A program made the position numbers and the translations under genes. The notes beneath the pieces were generated by a model. The model did no database searches. It saw only the letters and a program-made list of their open reading frames with translations, and was not told where the DNA came from. From Halarcobacter sp. (lineage in GTDB: Bacteria; Campylobacterota; Campylobacteria; Campylobacterales; Arcobacteraceae): a stretch of DNA of 64,000 bases. Every line of letters begins with the position of its first letter. Position 1 is the first letter of the stretch. The stretch lies in assembly GCA_963676565.1 (NCBI GenBank), contig OY781089.1, forward strand, positions 1,440,001-1,504,000, in the 5' to 3' direction. Shown in pieces: positions 40,797 to 50,507 of the stretch.

Positions 40797-41558
40797 ATGA
40801 AATATTTTGGTTTTTCAAGTGAAAATGAATACTTACCATCTTTTGATAAGTTTCAAAGTGAAATAAATAAAAGACTTATGTTTTTAAAATTTTTTAATCA
40901 AGAGGTTGATAAAAATTTTAGATTTTCAAAGAATGAGATGAAAGAGTGTAAGAAAAATACACTTTTCGAACTTTTTTTAAAAAAGATTATAAAAAATTTA
41001 AAATATAATGCTTATTCATTTTCACCAATAAAAAAAATAGATGTTGAAAAAACAAATAAGATAAATAAATTCGTAAAAGGTTTAAATCAAGAGCTAAAAT
41101 TTGAGTTCAAAAATTTTGATATAAAAAACTCATTGGAGTTTACAGACATAAATAAAGCATATTTTTTGATTAATATTTTAGAGAATAAAGATTTCTCCTT
41201 ATTTTTAGAGGGTGAAAAAATATTTAAAAACTTTGTTAGCAATAAAATTTTAAATGGTGGTGAAAATAGGGAGGTTTATATCAATGATGATTCTATTGAT
41301 ATTAAATCTGAACTTCACAATTTTAGTACTAAAATTTTTACATTTTGGGAATTTATTGATGCTAAAAATTTAAATATAGATTCACATATCAAAAAAGCAG
41401 TTGAGTGTATTGAAACTACAGAGTTTAAGCAAGTTTATTTGGTATATCCTAAAAATGAAAATTTTAATAAACATATACAAGTAAAAACAAATGATGTAAC
41501 TTGTGGTGAATATGAGATTAAGTTAATTCCATATTCATTACGTTCAACATTAAGATAA
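40797..41558 (+). CDS. Hypothetical protein, degenerate McrC-like
   Basis: FSLFLEGEKIFKNFV and VYLVYP resemble McrC motifs; catalytic motifs appear lost. Confidence 0.5.
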   Translation: MKYFGFSSENEYLPSFDKFQSEINKRLMFLKFFNQEVDKNFRFSKNEMKECKKNTLFELFLKKIIKNLKYNAYSFSPIKKIDVEKTNKINKFVKGLNQELKFEFKNFDIKNSLEFTDINKAYFLINILENKDFSLFLEGEKIFKNFVSNKILNGGENREVYINDDSIDIKSELHNFSTKIFTFWEFIDAKNLNIDSHIKKAVECIETTEFKQVYLVYPKNENFNKHIQVKTNDVTCGEYEIKLIPYSLRSTLR

Positions 41559-41586
41559 ATTTAGAATAAAAAAGGATTAATATATT

Positions 41587-42078
41587 ATGAAAGCAATTTT
41601 CTTTGCAACAAGTACTGGAAATACTGAAGAAGTAGCAAATAAAATACATGAGAAGTTAGATGGATTTGAGATTGTAGATATATCAAAAGATGGAATATCT
41701 AAATTAAATGATTGTGAAGTGGCAATTATTGGAACTCCAACATGGGGAGATGGGGAACTTCAAGATGATTGGGAAGATTGTTTTGATGAATTTAAAGAAA
41801 TAGATTTTAGTGGAAAAACAGTTGCCTTATTTGGTTTAGGAGATCAAGACTCTTATGGAGATGAGTTTGCAAATGCTTTAGGAACAATCTATGAAGTTGT
41901 ATCAACTAAAGGTGCAAATATTATTGGATTTACTTCTATTGAAACTTATGATTTTGAAGAATCAACAGCAGTTGTTGGTGAGGAGTTTGTTGGACTTGTG
42001 ATAGATGAAGATAATCAGCCTGAACTTACAGATGAACGAATTGATTCTTGGTGTGAAAACATCTCTTCATCTTTTTAA
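41587..42078 (+). CDS. fldA: Long-chain flavodoxin
   Basis: TSTGNTE, GTPTWGDGELQDDW, FGLGDQ, DEDNQ.ELT.ERI..W. Confidence 0.95.
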   Translation: MKAIFFATSTGNTEEVANKIHEKLDGFEIVDISKDGISKLNDCEVAIIGTPTWGDGELQDDWEDCFDEFKEIDFSGKTVALFGLGDQDSYGDEFANALGTIYEVVSTKGANIIGFTSIETYDFEESTAVVGEEFVGLVIDEDNQPELTDERIDSWCENISSSF

Positions 42079-42086
42079 TTAAACCC

Positions 42087-42129
42087 GTGCCAAAATAGAA
42101 TAATTCGTGTTTTCATCATATTTTGGCAC
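42087..42129. repeat. 11-bp inverted repeat with 21-nt spacer
   Basis: GTGCCAAAATA...TATTTTGGCAC. Confidence 0.75.
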
Positions 42130-42188
42130 CTCCTTTGAATTTTTTTGATTTTTCGCTAAAATAAACGAATTTTAATTTTAGGAAAATA

Positions 42189-43592
42189 ATGGGAAATATT
42201 AAATTTCTTTTTTTAGTGTTAGTATCTTTAATTTTTATTTCTTGTACAAAACAAGTACCAAGTGATAACTTAACAAAAAAAATAGACCAAGAAAAACAAA
42301 AAAACAATCAAACAGTAGAAAAAAAACTAATAAAAATCAATGAATATAAATTATCAAAAAATGAGTTAGAACTTTTAGATATTTTAAAAGATGACAAATA
42401 CGCTTCTTTATGTGCACAACAAGATAATTATATCTCAATTTTAAAAATGGAAAACTCAAAAGAAAAATCTAAAGCTTTGGAAAACTTATTTTTAGAATAT
42501 GTTAATAATTTAGAAAATTCATGTATTGATCAAATCTCATTTAATAGTGTTTTAAAATCACAAAAATTTAAAAAAAGAAAACAACACTATGAAATATATA
42601 ATAAGAAAATAAATAAAGAAGAGGTTTTAAAAAAGTTTAATGATAATTCAATTTCTGTAGAAAAAATTTTATCAGATTATGCTCCTAAACAACCAGTTTT
42701 TTTTCAATTGGTAGAAAAACTTGATATTGATAAATTAAGTGCTAAAAACTACAACAAACTAAGATTAAACATAGAAAGATTAAAGCTTTTAAAAGATTAT
42801 GACGATGAATATTTTATTAAGCTTAATATCCCTTCACACAACTTTACACTTTTTGAAAATGGTGAAGTCGAAAGAACTTTTGGAACTGTTGTTGGGGATA
42901 AGGATAATCAAACTCCAATTTTATCAAGTGAACTTTCGTACTTTATTATAAACCCTCAATGGAATATTCCAGATTCAATTGCAAAAAATACAATTATCCC
43001 AAGAGCATTAAAAGATAAAAACTATTTAAGAAAGAAAAATATAGTTATTAGAAAAAAAATCTATGATATAGATGCTCCTAAAGTTAGTTTCAATAGTGTT
43101 AAGTGGAAAAAATATTTAAAGAAAGATGTAAAATATATACCTTATAAGTTTATTCAACTTCCTTCACCAACTAATGGGATGGGAAAGGTTAAATATATGT
43201 TTCAAAACGATTATGCAGTTTATATGCACGATACAATTGGAACTTGGAGATTCAAAGATAATAGAGAAAAAATTAGATTTTCAAGTCATGGATGCGTAAG
43301 GTTAGAGCATCCAATTTCATTAATGAAACATCTAACAACTTATTACACACCTGAAAGTTATAAAAAAATTAGAAAAACATATCTAAAAGGGAAAATGGAT
43401 ACTGTAAATCTTAGTAAAAAAATGCCTTTACATATCACATACTTAACTGCAAATATTGATGAAAAAGGGAAATTGAAATTTTATAACGATGTTTATGAAT
43501 ATGACAAAATTCAAAAACTAAATTTTATTCCCCATAAGAATGCAGTTGAGTTAGCAAGTTTACAAAAAGAGGAAAACTTTACAAGTTTTTAA
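42189..43592 (+). CDS. L,D-transpeptidase lipoprotein (YcbB/LdtD-like)
   Basis: Lipobox FISC; NIP, VVG, TP, NPQWNIP, YMHDT, SHGCVRL. Confidence 0.93.
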   Translation: MGNIKFLFLVLVSLIFISCTKQVPSDNLTKKIDQEKQKNNQTVEKKLIKINEYKLSKNELELLDILKDDKYASLCAQQDNYISILKMENSKEKSKALENLFLEYVNNLENSCIDQISFNSVLKSQKFKKRKQHYEIYNKKINKEEVLKKFNDNSISVEKILSDYAPKQPVFFQLVEKLDIDKLSAKNYNKLRLNIERLKLLKDYDDEYFIKLNIPSHNFTLFENGEVERTFGTVVGDKDNQTPILSSELSYFIINPQWNIPDSIAKNTIIPRALKDKNYLRKKNIVIRKKIYDIDAPKVSFNSVKWKKYLKKDVKYIPYKFIQLPSPTNGMGKVKYMFQNDYAVYMHDTIGTWRFKDNREKIRFSSHGCVRLEHPISLMKHLTTYYTPESYKKIRKTYLKGKMDTVNLSKKMPLHITYLTANIDEKGKLKFYNDVYEYDKIQKLNFIPHKNAVELASLQKEENFTSF

Positions 43593-43669
43593 AAACTTAA
43601 AATATATTTAACTTAAATTTAACTGCTAAGTCTTAATGACAAAGATTATCGTTTAGTATATAATACCCC

Positions 43670-44284
43670 ATGAAAAAAATTATTTTAATTTTATTTACAA
43701 TATTTATTTATAGTGCAAATGCAAAAGAATCAACAATTCTTTTTTTAGGTGATTCATTAACTGAAGGACTTGGAGTTAGTAAAAAAGAAGCATATCCATC
43801 AATTGTTGAAGATATGATTCAAATTAAGCTTAAAAAAGATGTTGAAATCATAAATGGTGGAGTTAGTGGCTCAACTACTAGTGATGCACTTTCACGTTTA
43901 AAATGGTACTTAAGAAAAAAACCTGATGTGGTATTTATTGCCCTTGGTGCAAATGATGGACTTAGGGGATTAGATTTAAATCAAAGTCAAAAAAACCTTC
44001 AACAGATTATTGAAACTGCACAAAATGCAGGCTCAAAAGTATTACTTGCAGGGATGTTGATTCCCCCAAATTATGGGGAAGAATATTCAGAACAATTCAA
44101 AAATATGTTTAAAACTGTTCAAGAAAAGTATAAACTAAAATTTATGCCTTTTTTACTTTTAGATGTTGCTGGAGTTCAAGAACTTAACCAAAGTGATGGA
44201 ATTCATCCAAATACAAAAGGGCATAAAATTATTGCAAAAAATGTATTTGAATTTTTAAAAAAAGAGATTTGGGGAGAACTATGA
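43670..44284 (+). CDS. tesA: SGNH/GDSL arylesterase, TesA-like
   Basis: GDSL, NGGVSG, LGANDG, PPNYG, DGIHP; signal peptide. Confidence 0.92.
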   Translation: MKKIILILFTIFIYSANAKESTILFLGDSLTEGLGVSKKEAYPSIVEDMIQIKLKKDVEIINGGVSGSTTSDALSRLKWYLRKKPDVVFIALGANDGLRGLDLNQSQKNLQQIIETAQNAGSKVLLAGMLIPPNYGEEYSEQFKNMFKTVQEKYKLKFMPFLLLDVAGVQELNQSDGIHPNTKGHKIIAKNVFEFLKKEIWGEL

Positions 44285-44946
44285 TGTTACAACTAAAATC
44301 ATTAAAGAAAACATACCAACAAGGTGATGAGAAAATAGAGATCTATAATGATTTGAATTTTTCTTTAAAAGAAGGTGAACAAGTTGCCATCATGGGAAAA
44401 TCAGGATCAGGGAAATCAACTTTTCTATCGCTGGTTTCTGGAATTATAAAAGCAGATAGTGGAGATATAGTTTTAAATAAAACTTCTTATAATGATTTAC
44501 AAGAGGGGGAACTAAATGACTTTAGAGCCTCAAATATTGGATTCATCTTTCAAAATTTTCATTTGGTTTCATATTTAAATGCTTTAGAAAATGTAATGCT
44601 TCCTGCAAAGGTATGTGGTATCTCAAAGCCAAAGGAAAAAGCAATTGAATTATTAAAAGCAGTTGGTTTAGAACATAGATTAAATCATGTACCTTCTCAA
44701 TTAAGTGGAGGAGAAAAACAACGTGTCGCAATTGCAAGAGCATTAATCCATAATCCAAAAATTATACTTGCTGATGAACCAAGTGGTAACTTAGATGAAG
44801 AAACAGGCATTGCCGTTATGGATAAGCTTTTTGAACTAATTAAACAAAATAACACTACATTGATTTTAGTAACTCATTCAAAGGATGTTGCAGCAAGATG
44901 TGAAAAAACTTATCAGTTAGCCCATGGAGTTTTACGTTTATGCTAA
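44281..44946 (+). CDS. ybbA: ABC ATPase, YbbA-like
   Basis: GKSGSGKST, LSGGEKQRVA, ADEPSGNLD; between tesA and ybbP. Confidence 0.85.
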   Translation: MMLQLKSLKKTYQQGDEKIEIYNDLNFSLKEGEQVAIMGKSGSGKSTFLSLVSGIIKADSGDIVLNKTSYNDLQEGELNDFRASNIGFIFQNFHLVSYLNALENVMLPAKVCGISKPKEKAIELLKAVGLEHRLNHVPSQLSGGEKQRVAIARALIHNPKIILADEPSGNLDEETGIAVMDKLFELIKQNNTTLILVTHSKDVAARCEKTYQLAHGVLRLC

Positions 44947-47417
44947 TTTTAGAACTTGTATCAAAAGCTTTAAAAAGATCAAAGTCCTTTTCTATTATTT
45001 TTATCTTGAACTTTTGTTTGGCTATTGCTTCTTTATCATATTTACAATTTTTTAAACAAAGTGTTGATAGTTCATTAGATAGTAAGGCAAAAAGTTTATT
45101 GGGTGCTGATTTAACGGTTAATTCAAGATTTGCAATTACAGATAAACAAATTGAAGATATAAAAACTAAACTTCCAGAGATAAAAAACTTTTCAAAAGGA
45201 ATATCAACTGTTAGTATGGTAAGTTCTGGTAAAAGAGCTAGACTTATGGAGCTTGTAAAGATAAATGAATCTTTTCCATATTATGGTGGTCTAGAGTTTG
45301 AAGATAAAACTACTTATCCAAAAGGAAACCTCATACCTAAATCAAATGAAGTATGGGTTTATAAAGAGGTTTTAGAACTACTTGGCTTAAAAAAAGGTGA
45401 TAGTTTAAAAATAGGGAAAGAGAATTTTCTAATTAAAAAAGTGATTTTAGAAGATAGTTTAAAAACTGTTAGTTTTAGTGGTTTCATGCCAAAAATTTAC
45501 ATGAGTAAAGAGGCTTTACATGCAACAGGTCTTTTACAGTTTGGCTCAACAGCAAGATATAAACTAAATTATCAATTTAAAGAAAATTTTTCAAATGATA
45601 AATTAGAAGAGATAGAAAACAATTTAGAAAAAACTATTGATAAAAACTTACGAGCCCTTTCTCCTAATGATGGTAGAGATAGACTTCTTAGAGTTTTAAA
45701 CTTTATTACAAACTTTTTATCTCTTGTTTCTTTAGTATCATTTTTCCTAGGATTAGTTGGACTTATCTATTTATACTCTGGTTTTTTAAAAAAACACCAA
45801 GAGGATATAAATATATTAAATGATTTGGGATTAAAAAAATCAACAATCTCCTTAACCTATCTTAGTCATTTATTTATCCTGATTTTAATTTCCAGTGTTA
45901 TTGTTTTTTCTTTAATACTTTTAAGTGCAAACTTTTTAGCTCCAATAGTACAAAAACTAATTGGTTTTGAATTTGATTTTACTTTTGACTTTTCATTCTT
46001 TTTAAAATCTGCACTTTTACTTGTATTAGTAAGCTTAAGTGTTGGAATACCATTAATTACTCCGCTTTTAAATAGAAAAAGAATAAGCTTTTTGAAAATG
46101 ATTCTTTGGTTTATCCCTTTTATTACTTTATTATTAGTGATATCTCATTTTGTAACACCAAGTAAAAATATAGGTTTATTTTTTGCATCAGCAGTATTAA
46201 TTTTGATTTTCCTATTTTTTGTAATTGGCTCTTTTATCTTAAGAAAATTTGACTTTTCTGGTCATTTAGAAAATCTTTCTTTAAGTCTTGCTATGAAAAA
46301 TATTACAAGGGAAAATAAAACCTCTTTGACCTTATTTACTGCAATTTTATTGTGTACTATATTCTTTTCTTTAATCCCTCAAGTTGGTTCTTCCCTTTCA
46401 TCTGCTTTAACACAAAGTGCAAACGAAAGACCAAGATTTTTTGTGATAGATGCAAAAGAGGAACAATTAAAAGATATTCAAAAAAGCTTAGATAGTTTTG
46501 GTGCAAAATTAGAAAATACTGCACCAATGATAAGAGGAAGAGTTCTTAGAATCAATGATAAAAATATAGATGAAAACTCACAAAAATCAAATGAAGCAAA
46601 TAGAGCTGCTGTTAATCTTTCTTATCGAAAACAATTAAAGGAAAGTGAAACAATCATTGAGGGAAGGGCATTTAGTGGAGTATATGATTCAAGTGATTTT
46701 TCTAAACCAATTGAGTTAAGTGTTGAACAAAGATATGCTTCAAGAAGTGGAATAAAACTTGGGGATACAATTGTATTTGATGTTTTAGGATTAGAACTTC
46801 AAGCAAAGGTTGTAAATATAAGGTCTGTTAATTGGATTGAATTTACACCAAATTTCTTTTTTATCATGCAAGATGGAGCTATAAATGATGCTCCTAAAAC
46901 TGTTTTAGCAACAATCTCACAAGGTGATTATGATGCTTCTAAACTTTTATTAAAACTTACAGATACTTTCCCATCTTTAACAATTTTAGATGTAAAAAGT
47001 TTATTTGAGACCTTTGCTGGTTTAGTTAAAAATGTTACTAAAATAACTGATAATATGAGCTTTTATTCTATAATTATTGGACTTCTTATGAGTTTTATTA
47101 TTATTCAGTATCAAATGAATTTACAAAAAAACAATATACTAAGACTTAAGATGATTGGAGTTAAAAACAAGGTCATAAGAAATTCATTTTTGATTGAATA
47201 TGGACTTATCTCTTTTGCAGCAAGTTCATTAGGAATTATATTAGGAAGTGTTGCTTCATATTTTATAAGTGATATTTTATTTGAATCTTATTGGGATTTT
47301 AGAGCAGATGTTTTAATTTTATATTTTCTTTTAATACCGATTTTAACTATGTTAATAGTTGGCTTATTTACTTCAAGAATAATAGGTCAAAAGGAAAATG
47401 TTTTATTTGGGGAATAA
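44940..47417 (+). CDS. ybbP: Duplicated FtsX-type ABC permease, YbbP-like
   Basis: LLGADL, FPYYG, LLQFGS, RSVNW..F.PNFF. Confidence 0.88.
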   Translation: MLILELVSKALKRSKSFSIIFILNFCLAIASLSYLQFFKQSVDSSLDSKAKSLLGADLTVNSRFAITDKQIEDIKTKLPEIKNFSKGISTVSMVSSGKRARLMELVKINESFPYYGGLEFEDKTTYPKGNLIPKSNEVWVYKEVLELLGLKKGDSLKIGKENFLIKKVILEDSLKTVSFSGFMPKIYMSKEALHATGLLQFGSTARYKLNYQFKENFSNDKLEEIENNLEKTIDKNLRALSPNDGRDRLLRVLNFITNFLSLVSLVSFFLGLVGLIYLYSGFLKKHQEDINILNDLGLKKSTISLTYLSHLFILILISSVIVFSLILLSANFLAPIVQKLIGFEFDFTFDFSFFLKSALLLVLVSLSVGIPLITPLLNRKRISFLKMILWFIPFITLLLVISHFVTPSKNIGLFFASAVLILIFLFFVIGSFILRKFDFSGHLENLSLSLAMKNITRENKTSLTLFTAILLCTIFFSLIPQVGSSLSSALTQSANERPRFFVIDAKEEQLKDIQKSLDSFGAKLENTAPMIRGRVLRINDKNIDENSQKSNEANRAAVNLSYRKQLKESETIIEGRAFSGVYDSSDFSKPIELSVEQRYASRSGIKLGDTIVFDVLGLELQAKVVNIRSVNWIEFTPNFFFIMQDGAINDAPKTVLATISQGDYDASKLLLKLTDTFPSLTILDVKSLFETFAGLVKNVTKITDNMSFYSIIIGLLMSFIIIQYQMNLQKNNILRLKMIGVKNKVIRNSFLIEYGLISFAASSLGIILGSVASYFISDILFESYWDFRADVLILYFLLIPILTMLIVGLFTSRIIGQKENVLFGE

Positions 47418-47427
47418 TTAGATAAAT

Positions 47428-47446
47428 AAAAGGAAAAAATCCTTTT
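47428..47446. terminator. Short bidirectional terminator hairpin
   Basis: AAAAGGA-AAAAA-TCCTTTT between convergent genes. Confidence 0.5.
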
Positions 47447-49514
47447 ATTTATTCTCTTCTAAAAGATGTTCGTATCTTTTATCTGTTAGTAGTTTCATAA
47501 AGGCAACTAAAGCATCTATTTTTCTATCATTTTGTTTTTTTGCTTTTAATTCATCCAATGAAATAGTCTCTTTTACTTCAGGTTCATCCCAAGGTTTTTT
47601 AGTTTCTGGGTTGATAGTTCTATCAGAATTATTGTATTTGTCATAAAACTCAACAACAGTTCTTAAGTCTTTGAAAATACCATTATGCATATAAGGAGCT
47701 GTAACAGCAACGTTTCTAAGAGTTGGAACTTTGTGCTTACCTTTATGGATTTCCTTGCTTACTTTTGGATTTGCTAATAATCCCATATCAATATCTTTTA
47801 CACCATTTTTTGATCTTAATTCATGATTTATTGGTGTTCCAATATTATGGTACTCATGGTTTGTAAAAGTCTCACCCATTGCATCTTCTTTTTTTGATAA
47901 GTGGCAAGTTGCACAAGAGTTATTTGCTTGTGAGAAGAATAAAGACCTTCCTAAATCCTCTAAAGGTGTTAAATCGTATTCTCCTTTTAAATATCTATCA
48001 TATTTAGAATCAAAGGGTGAAAATTGTTCTGTCATCTCAAATTTTTCAATTGAGTCAGTCATTGCAAAATATGCTTTGTTAATGTTTTTAAAGATATCTT
48101 CACCATAAATATCTTTAAAAGCTTGAATATAATAAGGGTTTTCTTTTAATCTTTTAATAACTTCTTTTTTTGAACTCATCCCCATCTCAATTGGGTTTAG
48201 TGGTGGACCACCAGCTTGTCCTGCTAAGCTTGCTTCCCTTCCATCCCAAAACTGACCACCAATATATTTTTTCTTCTCTTTGTCATAATGAAATTCAGGG
48301 CTAAACATTGCATACATAGCAGTTGGAGCTTGTCTATCTCCCAATGATTTTCCATCATCACCTAATGATGCCATTTTAGAGATACCGTTATCTCTATTAT
48401 CCGTAAAAGCAGTTTCAGGGTTATGACATGTTGAACAACTTTGTGTTCTGTTTTTAGATAGGTTTTTATCAAAAAATAAAGCTTGTCCTAAAGCCTCTTT
48501 TTGTTTAGTTTGTTTTACCAAGTCTTCTTTAGATAATTCTTGGTTTGTACATCCTACAAATAAAATTAATGCTGTTGCGACAGTTGTAGCTGTTTTTAAA
48601 TATTTCAAAATAAATTTCTCCTTCTTTAAAATATTTGAAAATGGAGTGATTATTAGTTTAGTTAAACTATTATAATCTTCCATTTGTTCTTTCCTAAGAC
48701 CAAATTTTAAAACCTTCACATTTTTAGAAAGTTCTAAAGTTCCAAAAATATAATCCCAAAGAGCTAGATACCCACCAAAGTTTTTATTAAAATGTTTCTT
48801 ACTATGGTGTATTTGATGCTGTTTTGGAGATATAAATATTTTTTCTAAAAAACTAAAGTATGCTAGTGGAATATGAGAATGCCTTAAATTAGATCCAATG
48901 ATTGAAAAAACAAAGATAAAAGCATTTGCTCCTAAAATCTCAACTAATCCAATTTTTGAACCAAAAAAGTATATAAATATTCCAGTTACAAAACCAATGG
49001 CAAAAGAGTATCTTAATCCAAAAAGAATATTTTCAATTGGATGAACCCTATAAAATGTTAATGGGTTTAAAACTTTTGCACTATGGTGTACCTTATGAAA
49101 CTCCCAAAGAAATGGGATTGTATGTAAGAATCTATGTAACCAATATCTTGTAAAATCACTTACAATGAATAAAGATATAGTATATAAAATCAATATATTC
49201 TCATATGAAATTGTTTGAATTTGATTAAAACCAAATTGGTAATAGATGTTTTTACTAACAAAAAATGCAATTGTTTTTGCACTAATTATAATTGGAATAA
49301 TCATAACTGTTTTTATAAAATATGAAAGGATAAAGTAGTAATAGTCTAACATGGCACTTTCATGAAGCCAAAGTTTTGAACTAAAATTTACCCTTGAGGC
49401 TTTTTTATTAAAATAAATATATATAAAAGCTATAAATATTGATGATAAAATATAAACCCAGTATGTTCTTTTTGATGGGTTAATTATATATTCCAAAAAC
49501 AGTAGATCTTCCAA
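47445..49514 (-). CDS. Fatty acid hydroxylase/sterol desaturase domain fused in frame to MauG/CCP-type di-heme protein
   Basis: His boxes YWLHRFLH, FHKVHH, RVHP, LRHS, HQIHH; then LFFDKNLS..SCSTCH, GQFWDGR, CATCH, KVPTLRNV..TAPYMHNG. Internal RBS, TTG at 48608 and lipobox. Confidence 0.88.
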   Translation of the reverse strand: MEDLLFLEYIINPSKRTYWVYILSSIFIAFIYIYFNKKASRVNFSSKLWLHESAMLDYYYFILSYFIKTVMIIPIIISAKTIAFFVSKNIYYQFGFNQIQTISYENILILYTISLFIVSDFTRYWLHRFLHTIPFLWEFHKVHHSAKVLNPLTFYRVHPIENILFGLRYSFAIGFVTGIFIYFFGSKIGLVEILGANAFIFVFSIIGSNLRHSHIPLAYFSFLEKIFISPKQHQIHHSKKHFNKNFGGYLALWDYIFGTLELSKNVKVLKFGLRKEQMEDYNSLTKLIITPFSNILKKEKFILKYLKTATTVATALILFVGCTNQELSKEDLVKQTKQKEALGQALFFDKNLSKNRTQSCSTCHNPETAFTDNRDNGISKMASLGDDGKSLGDRQAPTAMYAMFSPEFHYDKEKKKYIGGQFWDGREASLAGQAGGPPLNPIEMGMSSKKEVIKRLKENPYYIQAFKDIYGEDIFKNINKAYFAMTDSIEKFEMTEQFSPFDSKYDRYLKGEYDLTPLEDLGRSLFFSQANNSCATCHLSKKEDAMGETFTNHEYHNIGTPINHELRSKNGVKDIDMGLLANPKVSKEIHKGKHKVPTLRNVAVTAPYMHNGIFKDLRTVVEFYDKYNNSDRTINPETKKPWDEPEVKETISLDELKAKKQNDRKIDALVAFMKLLTDKRYEHLLEENK

Positions 49515-49519
49515 TTTAT

Positions 49520-50506
49520 TTAGTCTCCATCTGCATCTAAAATTTTTGCATTAATTGAAAGCTCTTCAATCATCTCAACAAATAAAATAACATGAATATT
49601 TGTAACTTCTTCATATATAATATTTGCATTAGAAAAATCATCATTTTTGATTTTTTTTACTTCACTAATAGAATTGTTTATTGCTTCTTTTAAAGTATTT
49701 AAAATCTCACCATCAGTAATTGTTAATAAATAATCACCATAATCATAGATTTTATCATTATCAAAAATTTTTTTGTATGTTTGCAAGATAGATAATATTG
49801 CATTTGCAGAATTTTTACTTATGAAATATTCTGCTCTACTATTATCTGCTTTATCTTTATATTTTTTTGTTTTACCCATAACATCAGCAACTCTCCATTC
49901 TTTTAGTTTATAAGAGTTTGCTACAACTCTATTGATAATAATAGAGTTTGCCTTTTCTATTTGTTTAAAAAGTTTTTCTTTATTTTCTTTATAGCCCTTT
50001 TGTATATCACTTAAGTGCATTATGATTCTATTGATTATTGCAATTGAGATTTCATTTACTCTTTTATTTGAGATATCTTTTTTATAAATAATATATTCAA
50101 GTGCATTTATAGATTTTAGTGAGTTTTTAAATAAAGCAATTCTAAGTTCATCACTACTTTTAATAGCACGGTCTAATTGTTTAGTTATATCTTCATTTCC
50201 ATTGTGAAAAATATCGATGTATCTAGGAGTATCAATATACTCTTCATCTAAATCACCTAAAATATAAAAACTTTCAACACTTTTCCAAGAGCTAACAAGT
50301 TTAGAAAACTCCTTTTTTATTTTTTGAGTATTTTTACTTTCTAGTTGTTCTTTTAGTTTTGTTGCATCGTTTATGGCTACTTCAATATCTTTTAAAATAA
50401 CTTTTTCATACAAAGTTTCAATAGCTTCAATGTTTTTTTTATCTGTGTTAGCAATTAAACTAATTGTAAAAACAGTAAGTAAAACAATACTTTTTAATAA
50501 TTTCAT
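49520..50506 (-). CDS. Imelysin-like (peptidase M75) periplasmic protein
   Basis: Signal peptide, SINALEYIIY (GxxAxE-like), C-terminal DADGD. Confidence 0.75.
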   Translation of the reverse strand: MKLLKSIVLLTVFTISLIANTDKKNIEAIETLYEKVILKDIEVAINDATKLKEQLESKNTQKIKKEFSKLVSSWKSVESFYILGDLDEEYIDTPRYIDIFHNGNEDITKQLDRAIKSSDELRIALFKNSLKSINALEYIIYKKDISNKRVNEISIAIINRIIMHLSDIQKGYKENKEKLFKQIEKANSIIINRVVANSYKLKEWRVADVMGKTKKYKDKADNSRAEYFISKNSANAILSILQTYKKIFDNDKIYDYGDYLLTITDGEILNTLKEAINNSISEVKKIKNDDFSNANIIYEEVTNIHVILFVEMIEELSINAKILDADGD

Positions 50507-50507
50507 T

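Noticed and set aside
43670..47417. tesA-ybbA-ybbP as a novel system
   Set aside because: Known conserved gene trio; only the co-directional arrangement differs from E. coli.
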